Shown piece after piece: positions 37,925 to 50,100 of a stretch of 64,000 nucleotides of DNA. Origin of the DNA: Malacoraja senta (Eukaryota); the NCBI GenBank assembly GCA_038087875.1, contig CM075986.1:33356001-33420000 (forward strand), read 5' to 3'. How positions within the stretch are numbered: the stretch's first letter is position 1; every line of letters starts with the position of its first letter. The position numbers and the translations under genes are program-made. Under the pieces are notes generated by a model that was given only the letters and a program-made list of their open reading frames with translations, was not told the DNA's origin and did no database searches.

Positions 37925-40900
37925 AAAATAGTAAGATTAAACGAGAACTTACCAGTTTGAAGTTTGATCTTTATTTTATGAGGAGTTACGTTGGTGATTA
38001 CGTGAAGAACCCCGTCAGGGCGCATGCGCGTCAATCTTCAAAGCAGCGGTATGAAATCACAGACAACACCATAATTGAAGTAACATATTAAGATGATCAA
38101 CATGAGAACTACCATTATGACCTTTTTTCTATGAGAGAGGGTTGGGCGTGGCAGGCACGTAATCACCAACGTAACTCATAAAATAAAGATCAAACTTCAA
38201 ACTGGTAAGTTCTCGTTTAATCTTACTATTTTACTTCGGAGTCACGTGAGTGACTACGTGAAGATTTTAAAGCTCTGTGATTTTTATGCCGCAGATCAAA
38301 ATCCCGGCTTCTCACTGCATCGATTGACTCTGAGTATCATCAATAATGCTGTAAACATGACATTGCATATCATGCAAAAACAAAACTGTTTTATTTTTGG
38401 TCATAAAACAACCAATAAACCCTCTTAATGTAGGGCAACTAACGAAACAGAATGAAACAGTATTGAAAACAGACTTTAAACAATAGCAACAGCACTCAAT
38501 ATTCAGTTGGCAAACAGCCCTCCATCGGCAATCGGCCGATGGTAGTATTGCTGAAACACAAGTTCATTTTTCCAACCTGCGGCTTTTAATATATGGTCGA
38601 TGGGAACGTCCATCGCCCTGGCCGCGGATGTTGCTACTGCGCTAGTGGAATGAGATGTAAACACATAAATGTTAATTCCTGCCTGAACCAAGTCTTGCTT
38701 TAACCACCTTGAGATAGTCTGAACTGCCACTCTTTTATGTTGGCTTCTTGTAACTGACAAATAATCCTTTTTCTTCTTGTCTTAAAGCCCTTGCGACTTC
38801 AATGTAATGTAACAAGTGTGTCCTTACACATAAACATGGAGCTGTAGGATATGCTGAGAACACAATCTTAAGACCTGTCACACCTGGCCTGCTTTGTTTG
38901 AGCAGGTCAGAAATATAAAACAGAACATTATCTGTATTCACTTCCATTCTCTCGAACTGAAGTTTTTGGAAAGTCTGCACTCTCTGTACTGACACTAATG
39001 CCATTAGCATAGCCAATTTCATGGTTAATTTTAACAAAGTTATAGACGTGACAGAGACCCAATGACGAAGTATGTTACAAACAACACTTACCTTGCAGAT
39101 TACCATATACCTAGGCTTAGGCGGTTTGGAATTAAAGATTCCTTTCATCAACCTAGATATGAGAGGGTGAGAACCTATACTTTGTGTCCGTGTACCTATT
39201 ACAAGATATGCCGACCAAGCACTTCTAGCTGTATTGATAGCAGTATAGCTAAGACCCTCATCATAATAAAGTGTAGATAAACTCTAACACATTTTCCATA
39301 ACTACAGTATCATATTGAATATTCTTTTGAACACAATATTGTTCCCATTTTTTTTAATTTTTTTTTCATAAGTCATATACTGTTTTTGAGTACTGTTTCT
39401 CCATGCTGCAGTGAGTATATCCACCGTTGGCCTAGAAAGTCCTCGACCAATGTAAGGCATTCTTAAAACCTGCAAATTAACAGATCCATACCATCACATA
39501 ACGGATGAACTTAATGCGTTACTGGATGCTCCAGCAAATTCCTACTGTTTGGAATCAGCAAAAAGAGGTTGGATCGCTATATGTAACATCAAAGGAAACC
39601 ATGGTTGAATCAGGCAATTTGGTATCACCAAAACCCCTGAAGCGGCATCCTGCTTGATTTTCTCAAACACCGACCTATGAGGCAGAATGGTGGGAAAATG
39701 TACACAAACATATCATCCCAATTTAGTGAAAAAGCATCAATTGTCACTGCCCCTGGATCTGCTGCCTATGAAACATATTTTGGCCTTCCATATAGAAGTA
39801 CTATGTCCTTGAACACATCCTAGTTCCACATCCACTCTGTGTTATGATGGAATTTTCGTGAGCTGCCATCTGGTACTACATTAAGTTTCCCTGGCAGATA
39901 GATAGCTCCAATCCAAATCTCTCTATCCCTACTCCAGGTCCAATTGTATTTGCCAACCTGTCACATGATAACGATTTGATTCCACCCATGTGATTCATAT
40001 CAGCAACTGCTGTAGTGTTGTCTATTTTGCACTGCACATGCAAACTAGTTTAGTTAGTGCCATAAGCCTTGAGTCCATAAAATACTCTTGGTTAATTCCC
40101 CATGTTTGCAGAAGCAATGTTCATCTGTCTCCACCGCTGGATCTTGTATCAGTAGCACCCTACCCAAGTGCTCTGACATCTGTCTGCAAATCATGGAAGC
40201 TTGGTCCAATAACACTTTGGAACTACTAGTGGACACATGCTGAATCCACCATTGTACATCAGCAACAGCCTCTATTGATAGAAGCATAGGTCTATTATAA
40301 TGACCCCAATGTATCCTCAATGCTTGTTCCTTTGACCTTTGTAATTGTAGATAATAAAGTGGCCATATTGAACTGCTGGAAATGCTGCCAGCCATTACCA
40401 CAGCAGACTTGTCACCTGGCTAATTGAAGGCTGTGTGTTAGCAATTAACTTGATATAGCTCTTAATTAGCTCTACCGTTTTTTGCCTGGGCAAGGTCACA
40501 ATGATGTTGATTAAGTCCATTGTGAACCCAACTAGTCAATTTGTGTCACAGGTATAAATTTAGATTTCTCTGGATAACTTATAAAGCCCAATTAAAAAAT
40601 GGTTTTTACCAACTGCCACTGATGCTTCAGCTGTTTCCTTTGATTGTCCCTACAATCAAGATATTATCTAGTTAAGCCATGAACACATGACCTTGACTTC
40701 TCATCATGCCTAGAATAGGTTTTAACAACTTTGTAATCCCTCTAGGAGCTGAAGAGAAACCATTAGGCAGTGGATTGTATTGGCATAATTGCCCCATCCA
40801 GCTGAATTTTAAATCTTCTATCCTGCAAATGAACAGACACTGAATCCGCATCTTTAAGATCTCCTTCACAAACATTTCCATCTTGAAATGTCTATACCGT

Positions 40901-42754
40901 ACAAAAGGGTTAAGACTATTCAGGTCTGTATAATTCTGCATCCCCCCATCCTTCTTTGGTCTGGGAAAGATATTGGACACAAACTGATGGCTTTTGGTAA
41001 ACTGCCTTAGCAATTACACCTTTATTACATAAGCTTGCAAGTTCCAGCTGAACTTCCAATTGTTCAGTGATACTGAAGTCAAACTCCTTTTTTGGAACAT
41101 GTTGCATGGGTAAATCAGAATTTGCATTAAGCTTTATTTGATGCCCTTGAATAACCTTCAGTATAAACATATCTGAGGTAAACATTTAATTGTATCACAT
41201 TAGATCTGTCTACATGAGAACCAGACCCTTTTACCTCCTTACCACCTGGCATTCTTCCCCGGCCTTGAGCTGGATATCTCACCTCCGTGGCGGTGCTACA
41301 GCCGAACGCCAACTGCGCTGCATCGTAGCTGGACTCGTCCCTTGCCCGGACCAGTCTGCTCCCTTATAGGGATACTTCCGCTTTGGTGAATTTGTGGCTG
41401 CCGTCTTAGCCTCCTCCTCCAGCTCCTTCACCTGCTGTGCAAAATCCTCGCCAAACAGCTGTGCCGGTTGCCCTGTGCCAGGCTGGCAGAGTGAAGCATA
41501 TTTAGCATTGATGGTTGGTCTAATCGCATCTTGCGGAGGCAGTTGATCTCAAAGTGGGCACTCCACAATAGCGCCTTTTGTTGTAATTTGTCATGGCCTC
41601 TCCATCCACCATCCTGGCAAAGCTCGTTATACCAGATGCCAGCAACTTTTAAAAATATGCTGGAGCTTCACATGCTCCTGGGCTTTCATTAGTATGCCCA
41701 TCTTGCCCCAATTCTTCCTGTTCCCAACAGGAACTTTTAACAATCCACAGTTGATTGGGGCTTCATACTTCGTTACTGTCTCATCCATTGTCAGCTCCTG
41801 TAGCTGATGTGAGACTTGGTAATTTATGCTGGTGGCAAGTTCCTCACCCAGAGGCTCACCAGCGTCCGACGACATGGCAAACCGTGCTGCACACGGTGTC
41901 AGCTCTGACAGCTGCCTGCCTGCCCTCCCTTTGGAAGTCGTCGGACTCAGGGTCAGAGCGTATCTGCCCTTCTGCACTCAGCTCTTGCAAAGAGGGTGCT
42001 TTCAAGCAGGCCTCTACTAGGCACTGCCAGCGGAGCCGTCCCCACGGCCTCCCGCCTGCACAACTCCTCCTGGAGTATGGCTTTATGAAGCAGGCCTCTA
42101 CTAGGCACTGCCAGCGGAGCCTTCCCTAAGGCTTCCCGCCTGCACTACTCCTGGAGTGTGGCTTTATGAAGCAGAACCTCTCCTAGGCACTGCCAGCGGA
42201 GCCTTCCCTATGGCTTCCCGCCCACACAACTCCTCCTGGAGCGTCTCTGTGGAGCAGCCCCTGTATGAGCTGCTCCTTTTGGATAACCGCTGGGGAACGG
42301 TATCCTGTCCCCGACGGGACTCTCGTGGCCCGACTCTGTGGAGTCTATAGCCCTTACAGACTTAGCTTATGCCGACCGCCCGACTGGCGTTGGCTGTGTA
42401 CCCGGCTGGGCACTTTGCCAAGTCTGTCGCCGCACCGCTACCGGCTTGCGACTCCCCCGAGGTGACAGGCTGCCTTTCAGAGACTGCACTCCCGCAGCTC
42501 TCTCTCTCCTTGTCGGCAGCAGCCTGCACCTTTTCCTTGTTCCTGTATGTGGGGGAAAAACACACAGAAACAATTTCTTTACTTTTCTCTAACTCCTCCA
42601 AAGTCTCCCCGACTTTGGTGGAGCTGTATTTACTCACCTGCAACAGGAGGTCCGTGCTCCTGCTGCCGTTGTCGCCAATGCGTCCGACGTAATGACGCGC
42701 ATGCGCCCTGACGGGGTTCTTCACGTAGTCACTCACGTGACTCCGAAGTAAAAT
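37925..42754 (-). mobile_element. DIRS1-type tyrosine-recombinase retrotransposon, copy 3 (degenerate)
   Basis: ITRs at 37925-38033 and 42692-42754, ICR at ~38156-38270, YR remnants (38503-39151), and RT remnants (FVSNIFPRPKKDGG, 40672-41013). Confidence 0.92.
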
Positions 42755-43150
42755 CAATATTCATACCACTGGGTTGTAAGCTGCCAAGCAAAATATGAGG
42801 TGCTAGTTCTGCAATTTGCATGTGGCCTCAGTCTGACAGTGGAGGAGGCCCAGGATGCAAAGGTCAGTGTGGGAATGGGAAGGGGAGTTAAAATGTTTGG
42901 CAACTGGTGGGTCTCGTGGGCCAAGGCGGACTGAGCATTGGTGTATCAGCTAAATGATCGCCCAGTCTGTGCTTAGTCTCGCCGATACATTGGAGTCCAC
43001 ACATAGAACAACAGATACAGTAGATGAGGTTGGAGGAGGTGCAAGTGAGCCTCTGCCTCACCTAAGAGGACTGCCGGGGTCCCTTGCAATCCCTCTCTCT
43101 CTGTCCCTCCACCACCCTAGTCAACTTGCTAGTTTCACTGTTTGTATCCC
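42755..43150 (-). mobile_element. Penelope-like GIY-YIG fragment flanking DIRS copy 3
   Basis: Reverse complement of the 28520-28737 region (aatcaatattcataccactggg...). Confidence 0.65.
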
Positions 43151-43974
43151 TTTGTTATCATAGAAACATAGAAAATAGGTGCAGGAGTAGGCCATTCGGC
43201 CCTTCGAGCCTGCACCGCCATTCAATATGATCATGGCTGATCATCCAACTCAGTATCCTGTACCTGCCTTCTCTCCATACCCCCTGATCCCTTTAGCCAC
43301 AAGGGCCACAAGGACTTCCCCAATATCGGGAACAATCTTCCTGCATCTAGCCTGTCCAACCCCTTAAGAATTGTGTACGTTTCTGTAAGATCCCCCCTCA
43401 ATCTCCTAAATTCTAGCGAGTACAAGCCGAGTCTATCCAGTCTTTCATCCACACATCATCATCCACAGCCAACAATGGACCATTGTGGGCTCCACCTTTC
43501 CTGAGTCATCGATGATGGCTCTAATTTGTTCTGTACCTTTTCGTACCTTTAGTTTCTAGGAGGGAGGAGAGGGGAGGGGAATAGAAGAGCAGGAGGGGGG
43601 AGAGGTGGAGGGGGGCCAGGCGAGTGAGCGGGCTGCGAAAAGCGGAGAGAGCCCGGGGAGAGAGAGAGAGAGAGTACAGGGCTCGACTCTCTGCATCTCT
43701 CGGGAAACCCGAAGCGGGGGGGGGAGCGGGAGGGAGCGGGGGGGGTGAGCAGGATAGGAGAGGTTAGCAGCGGGAGGGAAGGGGCGGGGGAGGGGCATGA
43801 CTTCACTCGCTGCCGAGGCCACGAAGATAAATTTCTTCAATAGCAAGCCGGGAAGGTCGTGAGTGCTCGTGAGCACCAGTGACCTCCGGGACAGAGAGGG
43901 ACACAGAGGCACAGAGAGGGACACAGAGGCACACAGAGGGACACAGAGGCAGAGAGAGGGACACAAAGGCACAG

Positions 43975-44467
43975 AGAGGGAGGTTCACCAGACTGATTCC
44001 TGGGATGTCAGGACTGTCTTATGAAGAAAGACTGGATAGACTTGGTTTATACTCTCTAGAATTTAGGAGATTGAGAGGGGATCTTATAGAAACTTACAAA
44101 ATTCTTAAGGGGTTGGACAGGCTAGATGCAGGAAGATTGCTCCCGATGTTGGGGAAGTCCAGGACAAGGGGTCACAGTTTAAGGATAAGGGGGAAATCCT
44201 TTAAAACCGAGATGAGAAGAACTTTTTTCACACAGAGAGTGGTGAATCTCTGGAACTCTCTGCCACAGAGGGTAGTCGAGGCCAGTTCATTGGCTATATT
44301 TAAGAGGGAGTTAGATGTGGCCCTTGTGGCTAAAGGGATCAGAGGGTATGGAGAGAAGGCAGGTACGGGATACTGAGTTGGATGATCAGCCATGATCATA
44401 TTGAATGGCGGTGCAGGCTCGAAGGGCCGAATGGCCTACTCCTGCACCTAATTTCTATGTTTCTATG
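43975..44467 (+). mobile_element. Young 5'-truncated CR1 LINE
   Basis: Intact RT C-terminal frame (RFTRLIPGMSGLSYEERLDRLGLYSLEFRRLRGDL...) and (ttctatgt)n tail; near-identical to 29922-30420 and 5729-6240. Confidence 0.92.
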
Positions 44468-44845
44468 TGAGGCGGGCAGAGAGGGAGCGGGGCGGGGAGA
44501 GGGAGGGAGGGGGGGGAGAGTTTGATGGGTTGGGGGGAGCGTCGTCAGAGGTGAGGGCTGGTTCTCGAACGCAATAATCACTCACTCCCGGCTGCGCGAG
44601 CAAGAAGACAGCGTGGTTTTTTTCAAAGGTCTTGCGAGAGGCGCGGCCGGGCGAGTTCTTCAAAAGCAACCGGTGACGTCCGGTGACCTCGGGATCTGCA
44701 GAACTTCCTCGTTCTTTCTGCAATAACGACCGCCGCCGCCATGTTGTTGAACTTCAAGAAGCCCAGCGCTGGACGACTTGATCATGTGTTCACGGGCTTC
44801 AATCCACGTAACTGGCTGCGCATTGAAGTCTGCGTAGCTGGTCGC

Positions 44846-45530
44846 TAGACAATAGACAATAGGTGCAGTAGTAGACCATTCGGCCCTTCAAGCCAGCACC
44901 GCCATTCACTGTGATCATGGCTGATCATCCACAATCAGTACCCCGTTCCTGCCTTCTCCCCATATGCCCAGACCCCTAAATTTTCAAGAGCCCTATCTAG
45001 CTCTCTCTTGAAAGCATCCAGAGAACCTGCCTCCACCGCCCTCTGAGGCAGAGAATTCCACAGACTCACAACTCTCTGTGAGAAAAAGTGTTTCCTCGTC
45101 TCCGTTCTAAATGGCTTACTCCTTATTCTTAAACTGTGGCCCCTGGTTCTGGACTCCCCCAAGATCGGGAACATGTTTCCTGCCTCTAACGCGTCCAAAC
45201 CCTTAACAATCTTATGTTTCAATGAGATTTCCTCTCATCCTTCTAAACTCCAGAGTGTTCAAGCCCAGCCGCTCCATTCTTTCCGCATATAACAGTCCTG
45301 CCATCCCGGGAAGCAACCTTGTAAACCTACGCTGCACTCTCTCAATAGCAAGAATGTCCTTCCTCAAATTAGGGGACCAAAACTGCACACAATACTCCAG
45401 GTGTGGTCTCACTTGGGCTCTGTACAACTGCAGAAGGACCTCTTTGCTCTTATATTCGACTCCTCTTGTTATAAAGGCAAACATGCCATTCGCTTTCTTC
45501 ACTGCCTACTGTACCTGCATGCTACGAGAA
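44846..45530 (-). mobile_element. CR1 LINE 3' fragment
   Basis: ORFs 45212-45502 and 44935-45222; (ctattgt)n tail. Confidence 0.88.
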
Positions 45531-45584
45531 GCAAAGGCATTGTGACGTCATGCAGCAGTTATATTTTTAAACGATTTTAGTAAA

Positions 45585-46012
45585 AAAACTTGGGAAATAA
45601 TTAACTAAATTTTCAGATGAGGAGATTTTTGAAAATATGAATGTTCCATTTTTCAAGCTCCTGTACCTTCTTCCCGATGGCAACGGAGAGATGAGTGTGT
45701 GGCCAGGATGATGTGGGTTTTTGATGATGTTGGCAGCCTTTTTGAGGCAGCGACTGTGATAGATCCCTTCGATGCTGGGGAGGTCAGAGCCGATGATGGA
45801 CTGGGCAGTGGTCACAACTTTCTGCATTCTTTTCCGCTCCTGGACGTTCTAGTTACCGAATCAAGCCACAATGCAACCAGTCAGTATGCTCTCTACTGTG
45901 TACCTGTAGAAGTTAGAGCGAGTCCTCCTTGACATACCGACTCTCCGTAATCTTCTCAGGAAGTAGAGGCACTGATATGCCTTCTTTATGATTGCATCAG
46001 TGTGCTGGGACC
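45585..46012 (-). mobile_element. Rex1/L2-type LINE fragment
   Basis: QKVVTTAQSIIGSDLPSIEGIY..RCLKKAANIIK.PHHPGH.LISPLPSGRRYRS. Confidence 0.75.
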
Positions 46013-46229
46013 AGGAACGATCTTCGGAAATATGCACGCCAGCTGACAGACAGTGATTCCATCAGGAAATGACCAATTGCATTGGGAACAAGAGCAAAGC
46101 AGGAAGGCTTGCTTTGTGTTGAGAGGCCACTGGTAGGTTTGGATTAATCCTGAATTTAATTGGATTAAGCTTGAATTTAAACCAATGCTCTTAACGTGCC
46201 TCAGTTGATGGGAAACGCTGGGATACAAA

Positions 46230-46260
<31 letters not shown>

Positions 46261-47139
46261 GTTTGTCTTAAAAGTTTGTTTTGGGGATTCTTTCGTTTTT
46301 CTATGTGGGGGAGGGGGGCAGGATAAGGGGAAAACCGTTTCCCAGTCACTTCCTGGCGAGGACACGACTATTCTCTGAGTCGCGTCCTCGCCCCCCTCCT
46401 CGCGGCCTACCATCTGGATTGGAGCAGCCTTTCCTGCCGGGGACCCGGACCAGTACTTCAGCAGCGGAGTCGCAGCGCTGGATTCACCGCGGAGCGGAGC
46501 GATGCCTACCTGGATCGCCGTTTGAAGCTCCGGAGTGCTGGGCTCTCTGCTCCAACATCGCGGAGCTAAGGTTTGAAGAGCTCCCAGCGTGGGCGGCGCT
46601 GACCAACATCGCGGAGCCCTGGGACCCTTTGCCGAGGGCCACCAGCGTTGAATCTCCGCTCATCGCGGCCTGTGGACTTCGGGAGCCGCGGACTCTGGTA
46701 GGAAGTGGCCGATTCGGAGGTCCAAGCCATTGAAGTTGTCCTCCCATTCCGACGTCAGAGCTCCAGCATCCCGGAGAGCAGGCCTGAATATCGGGCCACC
46801 CGTAGCGGCGACTGCGGAGGGCTCGGGAGGCCCCGACCACGGGGGAACATCAAGAACAACAGAGGAAGAGGACTGACTTTGGTGCCTTCCCGCACAGTGG
46901 GAAACTTTGATTCTGCTGTGTGGGGATGTTTTTAATGTTGGAGTCTATCGTGTGTTGTCTTCTTTATTTTATTTGTATGGCTGTATGGTGACCACACATT
47001 TCACTGTACCAACTGGTACATGTGACAAATAAATGTATCTTGTATCTTGGGGTGGGCTTTATGCTGCTGTTTAATAGAGCTCTGGTTAGACCACATCTGG
47101 AGCTCTGGGTGTGATTCCGGGCAGCACCGCTCAGGAAGG

Positions 47140-50100
47140 ATAGACAATAGGTGCAGGAGTAGGCCATTCGGCCCTTCGAGCCAGCACCGCTATTCGCTGT
47201 GATCATGGCTGATCATCCACAATCAGTACACCGTTCCTGCCTTCTCACCATATTCCTTGACTCCACTATCTTTAAGAGCCCTATCTAACTCTCTCTTGAA
47301 AGTTTCCAGAGAATCGGCCTCCACCGCCCTCTGAGGCAGAGAATTCCACAGACTCACAACTCTCTGTGAGAAAAAGTGTTGACTCATCTCCGTTCTAAAT
47401 GGCTTACCCCTTATTCTTAAACTGTGGACCCTGGTTCTGGACTCCCCCAACATTGGGAACATGTTTCCTGCCTCTAGCGTGTCCAAACCCTTAACAATGT
47501 TATATGTTTCAATAAGATATCCTCTCATCCTTCTGAACTTCAGAGTGTACAAGCTCAGCCACTCCATTCTCTCAGCATATGACAGTCCCGCCATCCTGGG
47601 AATTAACCGTGTAAACCTCGCTGCACTCCCTCAATAGCAAGAATGTCCTTCCTCAAATTAGGGGACCAAAACTGCGTACAATACTCCAGGTGTGGTCTCA
47701 CTAGGGCCCTGTACAACTGCAGAAGGACTTCTTTGCTCCAATACTCAACTCCTCTTGTTATGAAGGCCAACATGCCATTTGCTTTCTTCACTGCCTGCTG
47801 TACCTGAATGCTTACTTTCATTGACTGATGTACAAGGACCCCTAGATCCTGTTGTACTTCCCCTTTTCCCCAACTTGACACCATTCAGTTAATAATCTGC
47901 CTTCCTGTTTTTGCAACCAAAGTGGATAACCTCACATTTATCCACATTACACTGCATCTGCCAAGCCTCTGCCCACTCACCCAACCTGTCCAAGTCACCC
48001 TGCATTCTCATAGCATCCTCCTCACTGTTCACACTGCCACCCAGCTTTGTGTCATCTGCAAATTTAGTAATGTTACTTTAAATCCCCTCATCTAAATCAT
48101 TGATGTATATTGTAAATAGTCGCAGTGAATAACCTCACAATTATCCACATTATACTGCATCTGCCATGCATCTGCCCACTCACCCAACCTATCCAAGTCA
48201 CCCTGCTGCCTCATAGCATCCTCCTCACAGCTCACACTGACTCCCAGCTTTGTGTCATCCGCAAACTTGGAGATGTTACATTTAAATCCCTCGTCTAAAT
48301 TGTTAATATATATTGTAAAGAACTGTGGTCCCAGCACCGAGCCTTGTGGTACCCCACTAGTCACTACCTGCCATTCTGAAAGGGACCCGTTAATCCCTAC
48401 TCTTTGTTTCCTGTCTGCCAACCAATTTTCTATGGATGTCAGCAGTCTACCCCCAGTACCATGTGCCCTAATTTTGCCCACTAATCTCCTATGTGGGACC
48501 TTATCAAATGCTTTATGATTGACTCCAGCATCTTCCCCACTACCGATGTCAGGCTAACTGGTCTATAATTCCCTGTTTTCTCTCTCCTGCCTTTCTTAAA
48601 AAGTGGGATAACATTAGCTACCCTCCAATCCACAGGAACTGATCCTGAATCTATAGAACATTGTTAATGAACACCAATGCATCCACGATTTCTAGAGCCA
48701 CTTCCTTAAGTACCCTGGGATGCAGACCATCAGGCCCTGGGGATTTATCAGCCTTCAGTCCCATCAGTCTACCCAACACCATTTCCTGCCTAATGTGGAT
48801 TTCCTTCAGTTCCTCCATCACCCCAGATCCTCTGGCCACTAGTACATCAGGAAGATTGTTTGTGTCCTCCTTAGTGAAGATGGATGTGTGTCCTTGGAGG
48901 TGGTGCAGCGGGTACATCCCCTCCAAGGACAGTGGCAGTGGGAGAGAAGTGGTTGGAATATCAATTCTGGTTCTATGCTCCCTGAGGTGTGGAGAATTGA
49001 AGGTGTAATTGGGGAGATTAAAATAATCACTGGATGCACTGGAGCAGATGAAGAATCTGCTTCCTCTGCTGTGGATCCAAACAAGGACAAAAAACATAAA
49101 CATGGCATCCAGGATATTGAGGGCACTGGAAACCCAGAACTGCCCCTGGAAGCTGTCAAGACTGGGCTTCAGTTGAAAGTTTCCACATCGACAGAATGTT
49201 AGAAACATAGAACAATAGGTGCAGGAGTAGGCCATTCAGCCCTTCGTGCCAGCACCACCATTCAATATGATCATGGCTGATCATCCAAAATCAGTACCCT
49301 GTTCCTGTTTTTCCCCATATCCCTTGATTCCGTTAGCCCAAAGAACTATGAATGAATGAATGGATGAATGAATAGTTTATTTCGGTCATACATTAAAAAG
49401 AACAAAACTTTAAAATCTGTGTGAATATGAACCAACACTGTATCCATTTCACACAACGTTCACATAATCAATGACCGAAAAAGGAATAGGCTGAAGCCAC
49501 AAAGCTTATTTTTGCCTATCCTATACAATCCATAAGATAAGATAACCCAGAATATCAGCATTCATCAAAGGAAAGAAAAAAATATATTTACTCTAAATTG
49601 TAATTCTTATTTATTTTACATTTTAATCATTTTACATTATAATCCTTAATTATTTTACTTTTTAAGGCTTTTTTGAAACTCGACAGAGAGCTACAAAATT
49701 TCAACTCATCACTAAGCCCGTTCCATAATTTGATTCCCAATACTGAGACACATCGATATTTTACATTGGTTCTCACTTTACATGTTTCAAAAATACACAA
49801 CCCTCTTAAATTATAATGTCCTTCTCTTAATTTAACATTTTTTTGAATACTAACAGGAAGGCTTTTATTCCTAACTCGGAAAAGTATTTCTAATGTCTTT
49901 ACATGCACAATATCCAACATTTTAATGGATTTGTAGTTTCACAGTAAGAAGCTTTATGTATTATTCTAATAGCTCTTTTCTGGAGTTTAATTATAGGGTC
50001 TATATTTGTTTTATATACATTTCCCCAAACTTCAACACAATATGACATATATGGCATTATAAGCAAGCAATACAATATATATAAACACTTCTTATTAACA

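Noticed and set aside
42812-42819. Octamer ATTTGCAT
   Set aside because: Lies within a Penelope fragment about 17 kb from the V gene; no reason to link it to the promoter.
48888-49202. 104-aa ORF in a non-repeat island between CR1 pieces
   Set aside because: No recognisable domain or splice structure, and both strands are open.
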